From positions 52,969 through 116,968 of the forward strand of contig CAZCJX010000001.1 in assembly GCA_964499205.1 (NCBI GenBank): a stretch of 64,000 bases of DNA. Direction: 5' to 3'. The notes beneath the pieces are model-generated. The model was not told where the DNA came from. It searched no databases and saw only the letters and a program-made list of their open reading frames with translations. Positions 8,516 to 16,646 of the stretch are shown piece by piece. Within the stretch, counting starts at the first letter, position 1, and each line of letters opens with the position of its first letter. The DNA comes from an uncultured Actinomycetes bacterium (GTDB taxonomy: Bacteria; Chloroflexota; Dormibacteria; Aeolococcales; Aeolococcaceae). The translations under genes were made by a program, and so were the position numbers.

Positions 8516-11500
8516 TCAGGGAACGAGCAGGCGGGGCCGCCCGAGGATGCCGCAGACGCGCTGGTCCTCCGGGCCGTACACGGTGGGCACGCCGCGGGCG
8601 ACGAGCGGCGCCAGCGTCCCGGCGACCTCCAGCTCGATGAGGTTCTCGCCGGCGCGCAGCTGGACCTCGAGCTGCCACGGTGCGCAGAAGAGAACGCCGG
8701 CCTCGTCGCCGTTGACGCGGACGCCGACACTGCCGCGCACCTCGCCGAGATCGAGCACGGCGGGGCCCGCAGCGTCGACGTGCACCTGCGCGCGGTGGGC
8801 GATGACCCCGGCAAAGCAGTCGAGTCCCTGGCGGTGCCAGGAGATTCCCGTGCGGATGCGCCCCGGCCCGAGGTCGAGGACGGGATGCTCGCGGAAGCAC
8901 GCCGCTCCGCGGCCGCCCGGCGGGGCCTGGACGCGCAGCGCCACCCGGGCGCCACCGTGCAGCGGCAGCACGCCGTCGACGACGGCGGTCTCCCGGCCGT
9001 CGACGAAGGCGCGCACCTCGCCGTCGACGGGGAGAGTCATCGACCGCACCCCGGGCGGCGCCAGGAAGGCGAACCACGAGGGCGGCGGCGGTTGCGGCGA
9101 GTCCGACCAGCGCTGCTCGACCTGGCCGCGCATCACCGACTCACCTTCCAGCCAGGCCACGTCGCGGAGAGGATGGCGGCGCTCGACGGTGAGGCCGTCG
9201 GCCTCGCTCCAGCCCGAGAGCGGTGCCCCGGCACTGAGCTCGAAGGCTCCCACCCAGTCCTCGCCGGCAGCCGCGGTGTCCCACAGCTCGTCGGACACGA
9301 TGCTCACCTCGGCGCCGGAGTCGAGGCGCAGGTCGAGCCGGCAGCGGAACGACGGCGAGGTGATCGCCTCGCCGACCAGCGCCTCGACCACGTGCTCGCC
9401 CGCGGGCAGCCGCTCGGGCAGGTCGAGCGACACCGGCCCCGACGCGGAGACGTGCGACCGCACCTGCGCCGGCTCCGGCAGCACGACGCGGCGGCGGAAA
9501 CGGCGCGGTCCCGCGGCGCCGCGGTAGTCGGGGTGGATCATGCGGCCGCCCCAGATGGCGCGGGCGTCGCGCGCGTAGGGCTCGGTGAGCGCCCAGGTGA
9601 GGTGCGGCGGTGGGGGAGTGCGGTAGCCGCGAAAGGCGAGCGGCGTCGGGCGGCGCGGCTGCACCTCGACGGCGAGCTCGTGCCAGCCGGCGGTGAGCGA
9701 GACGGGCACCGAGAGCACGCCGCCCTCCACCGGCCCGACCAGCCGGCCGCCGTCGAGCCACACGGTGAGGACGCCTCCGCCCTCGATCACCAGGTTCGTG
9801 TCGAAGTCGTCCTCAACTCGGGCATGGGAGACGACGCGGCCGCCGGCCTCGGGGAGCAGCACCTTCCACTGCTCCACGGTGCCGCGCACGCCGAACATCG
9901 TCTCCAGGCAGACGTCCTCGAGCCCGTAGCGCTCCGAGTACTCGGCCGGCGCGCCGTCCACCAGCGCGCGCGGGCCGTAGGTCGAGACCACCTCGCGCCA
10001 GCCGTCTCCCAGGTGGCGCTGGCCCGGCGCGGGCCGCCCGGTGTCACCGGCCATGCGCTCCTCCATGCCGAGCGCGGGCGCCGGATGCTGGCAGTCCTCG
10101 GGCACCACCGGAGCGTTGCGCAAGGCGGGGTCGTCGCCCTCGCGCCAGGCGAAGGTGCGGCGCTCCACCGGTGGAGTGCCGGGATTGGCGGGAAGACGGA
10201 GGTCGCCCCAGCGGTTCTCGCCCCAGGGCAGGTACTCGCAGTCCCACTCCTCCGGGAGTGCGATCTCGCGGCGCGGCTGAACCGGCACCCGCTCCGGCGC
10301 ACCCGGCGGCAGGGCCACCACGGTGAAGGGGCCGTCGAGAGTGAGCAGGAGGTCATCGCCGTCCAGCCGCGCATCGAGGAGCGAGAGGCTGCCGTCGCGC
10401 ACCTCCCAGCGCTCGGCGCGACGGGGACCGACGCCGCGGACGCGCAGCGCGCCCTCGCCGGTGACCAGCAGCACGTCGAGGTCGCCGACGCGGCGCCACT
10501 GGGCGCGGGGCGCGCCGTCCAGCCGCGGCGGGGGCAGCGCGGCCACGGCCGCGGCGGCCGAGTCGACCACGGCGGCGACGGACCGCAACCGCTCGACGCG
10601 CGCGAGGAAGACGGCGTCGTCCTTCCCGTTCTCGGCGGACCACTCCGGCACCGGCTCGACGATCACCACCGGCACGCCCGCCTCGGCGCGCTGGATCAGC
10701 GCATCGACCACGGCGAGCGGCAGGCAGCGGCAGGCGGGGAGGACGACGGGCAGGTCGGGGACACGGTCGAGCCAGTCCTCGTTGACCACCATGCGGTCGT
10801 AGCCGGCGTCGTGGAGTGCGCTGGGGATCACCCAGGCGCCGGCGTCGTTCCACACCCTGGAGCCGTGCATGCCCATCAGCTCCGCGTAGCACTGCTGTGC
10901 GCGCTCCGCATCGGGTCCCCACTCCAGGTTTCCGACGGTGTCGGCCCAAACTGTGGAGAGCGGGTAGAGCACCGCCACCTCGGGGTGATGGCGTCCCGCC
11001 GCGGCCACCGTCATCAGGCGGCCGACCATCTCGGCGAAGGCGGGATAGTGCCGGGCGAACGGCTGCCGCCACGCGGACTCCGGCGAGGCCCACTCCCACC
11101 ACATGCCGCGGGTCGTGTAGTACGCGCCGTGGGGGAGGAAGAGGCTGGCGCCCTCGCGCGCCCACTCGAAGAGCTGCTCGGCCTGGTGGGCCAGGGTCAG
11201 CCCCTGTCCCTGCGAGTGGAAGCCTTCGAGCCACACGCGGGGAGCGCCGGTCAGGGTGGCGACGGAGAGGTGGAAACGGATGTCGCCCATCTGGTCGCTG
11301 CCGGGCGCGCCGGCCCAGGCCATGGTGCGGAAGGGATCGACGTAGGCGAGCGAGGCGAGCAGCGGCAGGCCGGCGCGGCTCATCTGGTCGTAGCCGGCGA
11401 GCAACCCGCGCTGCCTGCACCAGTCGCCGAGCTGCGCGGTGTAGGCGCTCTCGACGCGCTGCCTGGCCACGTCGCTGACCTGCCAGCGCAGCGCCGGCGC

Positions 11501-12154
11501 GCGCGGGTCGTCGGACCGCGCGAAGACCGCCGTCTCGGGTGGGTCGACGCCCTTGCTGCTGCGGTAGGTCGTGGCGAAGTCGGGGCTCCAGCGCGCGAAG
11601 ACCCACAGCTCGTCCTCGAACATGCCCACCACCGGGTCGCCGTAGAGGTCGGCGACCGCCGCGTCGATGCGTCCGGCCACCGTGTCGGGGCCGAGCAGGG
11701 CGGCCACCGCCTGCGGGTTGCCGAGGTCGAACCCGTAGGGCTGCGGCGGCGACCCCGCCTCGACCAGCTCGGCGCGGAATTCGGGGTGGCGGCGCAGCAG
11801 CGCGTCGAGCTCGCGCACACCGCCCACCTGGGTGGGGCTGTGCAGCACCACACCCAGACCGAGCTCCCGGCAGCGCAGGACGATGCGCCGGAAGAGCGCG
11901 TTCCTCTCCGGCGTGCCCATCGCCGGCTGGTCACCCACCGAACCGCCGGTGGCGCCGAAGGGCGCGAAGGAGATCGGCGTCACCCCGCCGCAGCCCATGG
12001 CGGCGAGCTGGTCGAGCTGCCAGAGCAGGCGTTCCTCGTCGAGTGGCTCGCCGCTCCACCACCAGGCGGGGATGGGGCGGTAGCGGTTGTCGGGCGCGGC
12101 GGCGAAGGCGCGGCGCAGCTCGTCAGCGTCGGTGATCGCCGTGGTCCAGTCCAT
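8516..12154 (-). CDS. large intracellular glycoside hydrolase, GH106-like (alpha-L-rhamnosidase candidate)
   Basis: 1212 aa from ATG 12154, with GGGGAG just upstream. The N-terminal motif RYRPIPAWWWSGEPLDEERLLWQLDQLAAMGCGG is typical of the GH106 / glycosylhydrolase-like jelly-roll group. No signal peptide. The family-level call is tentative. Confidence 0.55.
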   Translation of the reverse strand: MDWTTAITDADELRRAFAAAPDNRYRPIPAWWWSGEPLDEERLLWQLDQLAAMGCGGVTPISFAPFGATGGSVGDQPAMGTPERNALFRRIVLRCRELGLGVVLHSPTQVGGVRELDALLRRHPEFRAELVEAGSPPQPYGFDLGNPQAVAALLGPDTVAGRIDAAVADLYGDPVVGMFEDELWVFARWSPDFATTYRSSKGVDPPETAVFARSDDPRAPALRWQVSDVARQRVESAYTAQLGDWCRQRGLLAGYDQMSRAGLPLLASLAYVDPFRTMAWAGAPGSDQMGDIRFHLSVATLTGAPRVWLEGFHSQGQGLTLAHQAEQLFEWAREGASLFLPHGAYYTTRGMWWEWASPESAWRQPFARHYPAFAEMVGRLMTVAAAGRHHPEVAVLYPLSTVWADTVGNLEWGPDAERAQQCYAELMGMHGSRVWNDAGAWVIPSALHDAGYDRMVVNEDWLDRVPDLPVVLPACRCLPLAVVDALIQRAEAGVPVVIVEPVPEWSAENGKDDAVFLARVERLRSVAAVVDSAAAAVAALPPPRLDGAPRAQWRRVGDLDVLLVTGEGALRVRGVGPRRAERWEVRDGSLSLLDARLDGDDLLLTLDGPFTVVALPPGAPERVPVQPRREIALPEEWDCEYLPWGENRWGDLRLPANPGTPPVERRTFAWREGDDPALRNAPVVPEDCQHPAPALGMEERMAGDTGRPAPGQRHLGDGWREVVSTYGPRALVDGAPAEYSERYGLEDVCLETMFGVRGTVEQWKVLLPEAGGRVVSHARVEDDFDTNLVIEGGGVLTVWLDGGRLVGPVEGGVLSVPVSLTAGWHELAVEVQPRRPTPLAFRGYRTPPPPHLTWALTEPYARDARAIWGGRMIHPDYRGAAGPRRFRRRVVLPEPAQVRSHVSASGPVSLDLPERLPAGEHVVEALVGEAITSPSFRCRLDLRLDSGAEVSIVSDELWDTAAAGEDWVGAFELSAGAPLSGWSEADGLTVERRHPLRDVAWLEGESVMRGQVEQRWSDSPQPPPPSWFAFLAPPGVRSMTLPVDGEVRAFVDGRETAVVDGVLPLHGGARVALRVQAPPGGRGAACFREHPVLDLGPGRIRTGISWHRQGLDCFAGVIAHRAQVHVDAAGPAVLDLGEVRGSVGVRVNGDEAGVLFCAPWQLEVQLRAGENLIELEVAGTLAPLVARGVPTVYGPEDQRVCGILGRPRLLVP

Positions 12155-12187
12155 GCGCTCCCCGTGATTGACGGCGGTCCGCCGCGT

Positions 12188-12200
12188 TGGTAAGAATACA
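12188..12200. promoter_or_regulatory. AT-rich bidirectional promoter core (GGTAAGAATAC) between the GH106-like gene and the kinase-enolase operon
   Basis: Reads TAAGAAT on the + strand and TATTCT on the - strand. It is the only AT-rich patch in the 73-nt divergent spacer. Confidence 0.4.
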
Positions 12201-12227
12201 AAACAAATCGATGCACGTCGCCCGACT

Positions 12228-13247
12228 GTGAGCACCTCCACCGCGCCGGTGCTGCTCGACGAGACCAGCGCGGTCGCTCACCTGCGCCGCCGCGGCGTGC
12301 TCGACGCCGGCGAGGTGGCTGCGGTGCAGAGCCTGGGCGGCGGAGTCTCCAACACCGTGCTGCTGGTGGAGGCGCCGTCCTGCCGCGTGGTGGTCAAGCA
12401 GGCGCTGCCCCGGCTGCGGGTGGAGAAGGAGTGGCTCGCCGACCCGTCGCGCACCCTCACCGAGGGTCGCGCGCTGCGCTGGGCCGCCGGCGTCGACGCC
12501 TCCGCGGTGCCGCCCGTGGTCGACCTGGACGAGGAGCGGTGCGTGCTGCTCATCGGCGCCGCCCCGGCGGGGACGGTGGACTGGAAGCAGTGTCTCCTGC
12601 GCGGCGAGGTCTCCTCCGCGGTGGCCGCGCGCGCCGGGTCGCTGGTGGGGAGGCTCCACGCCGAGAGCGCCGGCCGTCCCTGGCTGCACACCGACTTCGA
12701 CTGCTGGGAGGCGTTCGAGCAGCTGCGCGTGCGACCGTACTTCGGCGCCATGATCGAGGCCGACCCGTCGCGCCGCGACATGGTCATGTCCCACGTCGCG
12801 GCCATGCGCGACCGCCGCGTCTGCCTGGTGCACGGCGACGTCTCGCCGAAGAACCTGCTCACCGGCGGTGGTGCCGGTTCCGCTCCGGGCCTGCTCTGGC
12901 TGATCGACTTCGAGGTCGCCTGCGCCGGTGACCCCGCCTTCGACGTCGCCTTCATGCTCACCCACCTCTGCATGAAGGCGCTGCACGGTGCTGCCGACCC
13001 GGGCGCGCTGCTCCACGCCGCGCGCGCGTTCCTCACCGCGTATCGCAGCCACGCCGCTGCACTGCTCGACGACGAGCGGCACGTCGCCGGGCTGCTCGGC
13101 TGCCTGCTGATGGCCCGTGTCGACGGCCGCTCGCCCGCGGAGTACCTCGACGAGCGCTCACGTGGGGCGGTGCGTGTGCTGGGGATGCAGCTCGCCGCCG
13201 ATCCGCCGGCGTCACTGGGCACGGCGCTCTGCGAGGCGCTGGCATGA
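12228..13247 (+). CDS. MtnK-like (methylthioribose-kinase-like) APH-fold sugar kinase
   Basis: GGGVSNTVLLV...VVKQALPRLRVEKEWLADPSRTLTEGRAL resembles the MtnK N-lobe. Brenner motif LVHGDVSPKNLL and metal-binding IDFE. Start is GTG 12228 or TTG 12168. The stop overlaps the next ATG (ATGA at 13244-13247). Confidence 0.75.
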   Translation: MSTSTAPVLLDETSAVAHLRRRGVLDAGEVAAVQSLGGGVSNTVLLVEAPSCRVVVKQALPRLRVEKEWLADPSRTLTEGRALRWAAGVDASAVPPVVDLDEERCVLLIGAAPAGTVDWKQCLLRGEVSSAVAARAGSLVGRLHAESAGRPWLHTDFDCWEAFEQLRVRPYFGAMIEADPSRRDMVMSHVAAMRDRRVCLVHGDVSPKNLLTGGGAGSAPGLLWLIDFEVACAGDPAFDVAFMLTHLCMKALHGAADPGALLHAARAFLTAYRSHAAALLDDERHVAGLLGCLLMARVDGRSPAEYLDERSRGAVRVLGMQLAADPPASLGTALCEALA

Positions 13248-14536
13248 CTGCCGCGACGCAGATCCGCGATCTGCTCGCCTGGGAGGCCCTCGACTCCCGC
13301 GGGCACCCCACCGTCGCCTGCCGGGTGACGCTGGAGGGCGGCGCGCAGGGCACAGCCCTGGCGCCGAGCGGCGCCTCCACCGGCGCCCACGAAGCTGTCG
13401 AACGGCGCGACGGCGGTGCGCGCCACCAGGGTCGCGGAGTTCTCGGCGCCGTCGCCGCCGTGCGTGGCGAGATCGCCGGCGCGCTGCGCGGCATGGACGT
13501 CTCCGACCAGCCCGCCGTGGACACCTGCCTGCGCGCCCTGGATGGCACCGCGCAGCTCAGCCGGCTGGGTGGCAACGCGGTGCTCGCGGTGTCGCTGGCC
13601 TGCGCTCGCGCCGCGGCCGCGGCCGGTGGCCAGCCGCTGTGGCGCGCCCTGGCCTCGGGGCCGCCGCTCCTCCCCATGCCCATGGTCAACATCCTCTCCG
13701 GCGGAGCCCACGCCGGCCGGATGTGCGACGTCCAGGACTTCCTCGCCGTGCCCGTCGGGGCGCACAGCTTCGCCGAGGCGATCGAGTGGGTCGCCCGGGT
13801 GCGCGCCGCGGCCGCCGAACTTGTGGCCGAACGTGGCGGAAACCCGCACCTCGTCGCCGACGAGGGCGGCCTGGCCATGCACCTCGACGACAACGCCGCA
13901 GGGCTGCGCCTGCTCACCGACGCCATCGAGCGCAGCGGCCTGCGCCCGCTGGACGAGGTGGCCATCGCCGTCGACGTCGCCGCCACCCAGCTCTTCGCCG
14001 GCGGCGTGTACACGCTGGCGGCGGAGGGGCGGACCCTGACCGGCGCGGAGATGGTCGACATGGTGGCGGGATGGTGCTCGCAGTGGCCGGTGGTGTCGGT
14101 GGAGGACCCCCTTGCCGAGGACGACTGGGAGAGCTGGCAGCCGGCCACCCGGCGCCTGGGCGGCATCCAGCTCATTGGCGACGACCTCTTCGTCACCTCG
14201 GCGGCGCGGCTGCAGCGCGGCATCGACAGCGGCGTGGCCAACGCAGTTCTGGTCAAGCTGAACCAGAACGGCACGCTCAGCGGCACCGCCGAGGTGATGC
14301 AGCGGGCCCGCCAGGCGGGCTACGCGACGGTGGTCTCCGCCCGCTCCGGCGAGACCGAGGACGACGTCATCGCCGACCTGGCCGTGGCCTGGCGCAGCGG
14401 GCAGATCAAGGTCGGCTCGCTGACGCGGTCGGAACGGACCGCGAAGTGGAACCGGCTGCTGGCCATCGAGGCCGAGCTCGGTGACGCCGCCGTCTTCGCC
14501 GGTGGCGACGCCCTCAGGGGACGACGATCACCTTGA
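13244..14536 (+). CDS. enolase-family protein (divergent paralog of phosphopyruvate hydratase)
   Basis: SRGHPTV, PSGASTG, DEGG, SVEDPLAEDDW, IGDDLFVT, KLNQNGT, RSGETED and QIKVGS..RSER.AKWN motifs. The canonical QEF reads QDF, and SHRSGETED reads SARSGETED. Confidence 0.85.
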   Translation: MTAATQIRDLLAWEALDSRGHPTVACRVTLEGGAQGTALAPSGASTGAHEAVERRDGGARHQGRGVLGAVAAVRGEIAGALRGMDVSDQPAVDTCLRALDGTAQLSRLGGNAVLAVSLACARAAAAAGGQPLWRALASGPPLLPMPMVNILSGGAHAGRMCDVQDFLAVPVGAHSFAEAIEWVARVRAAAAELVAERGGNPHLVADEGGLAMHLDDNAAGLRLLTDAIERSGLRPLDEVAIAVDVAATQLFAGGVYTLAAEGRTLTGAEMVDMVAGWCSQWPVVSVEDPLAEDDWESWQPATRRLGGIQLIGDDLFVTSAARLQRGIDSGVANAVLVKLNQNGTLSGTAEVMQRARQAGYATVVSARSGETEDDVIADLAVAWRSGQIKVGSLTRSERTAKWNRLLAIEAELGDAAVFAGGDALRGRRSP

Positions 14537-15563
14537 GGTGAGCCGTGGGCTCGGCGACCAGCCGTTCGAGCCCATCCTCGACGACGCGGGACAGCACCAC
14601 GCGGTCGGTGATCAGCGGCGCCACCTCGATCTCGCCGGAGCCGACCAGGCGAACCGCCTCGGCGAAGTCGTCGGCCACGGTGTGCGACAGCGAGGCGACC
14701 ACCTCGCGCTCACCGAGCAGCATGTCGAGCATCGAGATCTTGACGAAGTCGTCGTAAACACCCAGGAGCACGGTGCGCCCGCCGCGGCGGGAGAGCGCGA
14801 TGGCCGCCGCCGCCGCGCGCACGTTGCCGGCGACCTCCAGGGTGGTGTCGAGACCGATCCCGTCGCTGAGGTCGAGCGCCGCCTGGCCCGCCTCCTCCGG
14901 CGCCACCGCCACGGTCGCGCCCAGGCGCTCGGCGAGGCGGCGCCGTTCGGGCACGCGGTCCACCACCAGCACCGTCTCGGCGCCGGCCCGGCGGGCGACC
15001 TGCAGGGCCAGCAGTCCCACCGTGCCGCCCCCGACGATGCCCACGCTGCACCCTGGCGCCACCCCGGCGCGGCGGATGGCGCGCACCGCCACCGAGAGCG
15101 GCTCGGCGAGCGCGCCGTGGGCCGCCGGCACGCCCTCGCCGAGGGGCACGCACATCGAGGCAGGGGCGAGCATCACCTCGGCGAGCGCCCCGTCACCACG
15201 CAGGCCCAGCGGGGCGATGTGGACGCAGAGGTGCGTCTCGCCGCGCCGGCACCACCAGCAGTCGCCGCAGCTGAGGTTGCCCTCCACCGCCACCGGGGTG
15301 CCCGGGGCCAGGGCAACGTCCTCGCCGGCCACCTCGACGGTGCCGGCGGGCTCGTGGCCCAGGGTCAGCGGCGCGTTGCGGCCGGTGAGCGGGTGCGGCT
15401 GGCGCGGGATGAGGATCGGCCCCTGGCGGTACTCCTCGACGTCGGTGCCGCAGATGCCGCAGGCGTCGATGCGCAGGCGGACCCATCCCCGCGGCGGCGC
15501 GCCGGGATCGGCGACCTCCTCGACGCGCACGTCGCCGCGGCCGTGCCATCGCGCCGCCAGCAT
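14514..15563 (-). CDS. Zn-dependent MDR alcohol/polyol dehydrogenase
   Basis: Start ATG 15563 (MLAARWHGRGDVRVEEV). CGICGTDVEEY, GHEPAG, structural-Zn loop CGDCWWCRRGETHLC, and GGGTVGLL Rossmann motif. Confidence 0.85.
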   Translation of the reverse strand: MLAARWHGRGDVRVEEVADPGAPPRGWVRLRIDACGICGTDVEEYRQGPILIPRQPHPLTGRNAPLTLGHEPAGTVEVAGEDVALAPGTPVAVEGNLSCGDCWWCRRGETHLCVHIAPLGLRGDGALAEVMLAPASMCVPLGEGVPAAHGALAEPLSVAVRAIRRAGVAPGCSVGIVGGGTVGLLALQVARRAGAETVLVVDRVPERRRLAERLGATVAVAPEEAGQAALDLSDGIGLDTTLEVAGNVRAAAAAIALSRRGGRTVLLGVYDDFVKISMLDMLLGEREVVASLSHTVADDFAEAVRLVGSGEIEVAPLITDRVVLSRVVEDGLERLVAEPTAHLKVIVVP

Positions 15564-15585
15564 GGTCGACAAGGCGTGCAACCGG

Positions 15586-16587
15586 CTAGCGCCGCGGGTC
15601 AACGACAACCTTGATCGCGCTGTCGCGCGCCTCGGCCAGCGCCAGGAAGGCGTCCTGCGCCTCCTCCATGCCGACGCTGCGGTCGATGAGGGCGGGAATC
15701 GGCGAGCCCTCGGCGGCCACCAGCTCCACGGCCCTGGCGAAGTCGGGCTCGTCGTACCCGAAGCTGCCGAGCAGGCGCTTCTCGGGGACCACCAGCTCGA
15801 ACAGTCCCAGCTCGACGCGCGGCACGCCGAGTCCGATCACCACGACGTTGCCGCCGCTGCGCACCGCGGAGAGCGCGCCGCGCAGGGTGGCCCCCACGCC
15901 GACCGCGTCGACCATCACGTCGAACGGCGCGGCGCCGGCCAGCTCGTCGGGGTGCGTGGGGCGCAGGCCGAGCGCCTCCGCGCTGCGCAGGCGCTCCTCC
16001 TGCAGGTCGGACACCCACACCTCGCCCGCCCCGGCCTGGCGGGCCAGGTGGCCACAGAGCAACCCGATCGGGCCGGCGCCCACCACCCCGACCCGCTGGC
16101 CGGGCTGGACGTCGGCCAGGCGCATGGCGTGCACCGAGACCGCGCACGGCTCGACCATGACGCCCTGCTCGACGGGCAGCGCCGCGGGCAGGGGAACGAT
16201 GTTGCGAGCGCGAACGCCGATGCGCTCGGCGAAGGCACCCTGGATGCTGGGGGTGACGCCGATGACGCTGCGGTTCTCGCAGAGGGTGACCCGTCCGGCG
16301 AGGCAGGGGCCGCAGGCACCGCAGAAGAGCAGCGGGTTGAAGGTCACCGGGTCTCCGGCATGGAACTCCGTGACCCGCTCTCCGGTGGCGGAGACCACCC
16401 CGGCGGCCTCGTGGCCCATCACCATGCCGGGGGTGCGCCGGCCGGATTCGCCGGAGTAGCCGTGCACGTCACTGCCGCAGATGCCGACCGCGTGCATCTC
16501 GATGACCACGTCGTCGGGACCGCAGACGGGCTCGGCAACCTCGTCGACGACGAGCTGCCGGGCCTGGCGAAAGACCAATGCGCGCAA
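15586..16587 (-). CDS. Zn-dependent MDR alcohol/polyol dehydrogenase (sorbitol/idonate dehydrogenase-like)
   Basis: TTG start preceded by AAGGAAGGAGAG. GICGSDVHGY, GHEAAGVV, CGACGPCLAGRVTLC, VGAGPIGLL. Confidence 0.85.
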   Translation of the reverse strand: MRALVFRQARQLVVDEVAEPVCGPDDVVIEMHAVGICGSDVHGYSGESGRRTPGMVMGHEAAGVVSATGERVTEFHAGDPVTFNPLLFCGACGPCLAGRVTLCENRSVIGVTPSIQGAFAERIGVRARNIVPLPAALPVEQGVMVEPCAVSVHAMRLADVQPGQRVGVVGAGPIGLLCGHLARQAGAGEVWVSDLQEERLRSAEALGLRPTHPDELAGAAPFDVMVDAVGVGATLRGALSAVRSGGNVVVIGLGVPRVELGLFELVVPEKRLLGSFGYDEPDFARAVELVAAEGSPIPALIDRSVGMEEAQDAFLALAEARDSAIKVVVDPRR

Positions 16588-16626
16588 TGGCTCTCCTTCC
16601 TTGACGGTCGATTAGTTAAAAATAAT

Positions 16627-16638
16627 GCCGAATTCGGC
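16627..16638. promoter_or_regulatory. perfect 12-bp palindrome GCCGAATTCGGC next to an AT-rich internal promoter (TTATTTTTAACTAAT on the - strand)
   Basis: Lies between the CocE/NonD stop (16647) and the dehydrogenase start (16587). Could be a weak hairpin or an operator. Confidence 0.3.
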
Positions 16639-16646
16639 GGCAGCCG

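Noticed and set aside
8472-9077. N-terminal 200-aa extension of the PhyH ORF (507-aa version)
   Set aside because: The extension is Arg/Pro/Ala-rich, overlaps the 3' end of the GH106-like gene, and has no homology-like features. The recognisable PhyH domain starts at MHISDEHVDHW (ATG 8471).
8780-12193. 1137-aa ORF on the + strand, plus similar giant ORFs at 1627-3552(-), 18272-20635(+), 18606-20681(-), 23788-25614(-), 30866-33040(-), 35807-38047(-), 36073-38055(+), 56171-57997(-), 58093-59823(-) and 61677-63947(-)
   Set aside because: Each lies antisense to, or out of frame with, a gene that has clear family motifs. Their translations are low-complexity Arg/Ala/Gly/Pro/His runs with no recognisable domains. 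Long stop-free antisense frames are expected at this GC content.
12201-12214. AACAAATCGATGCA as a fourth LacI-type operator in the GH106-like / kinase spacer
   Set aside because: Only about 9 of 14 positions match the TGCAAACGGTTGCA consensus, and the symmetry is poor apart from the central ATCGAT. Too weak to call.
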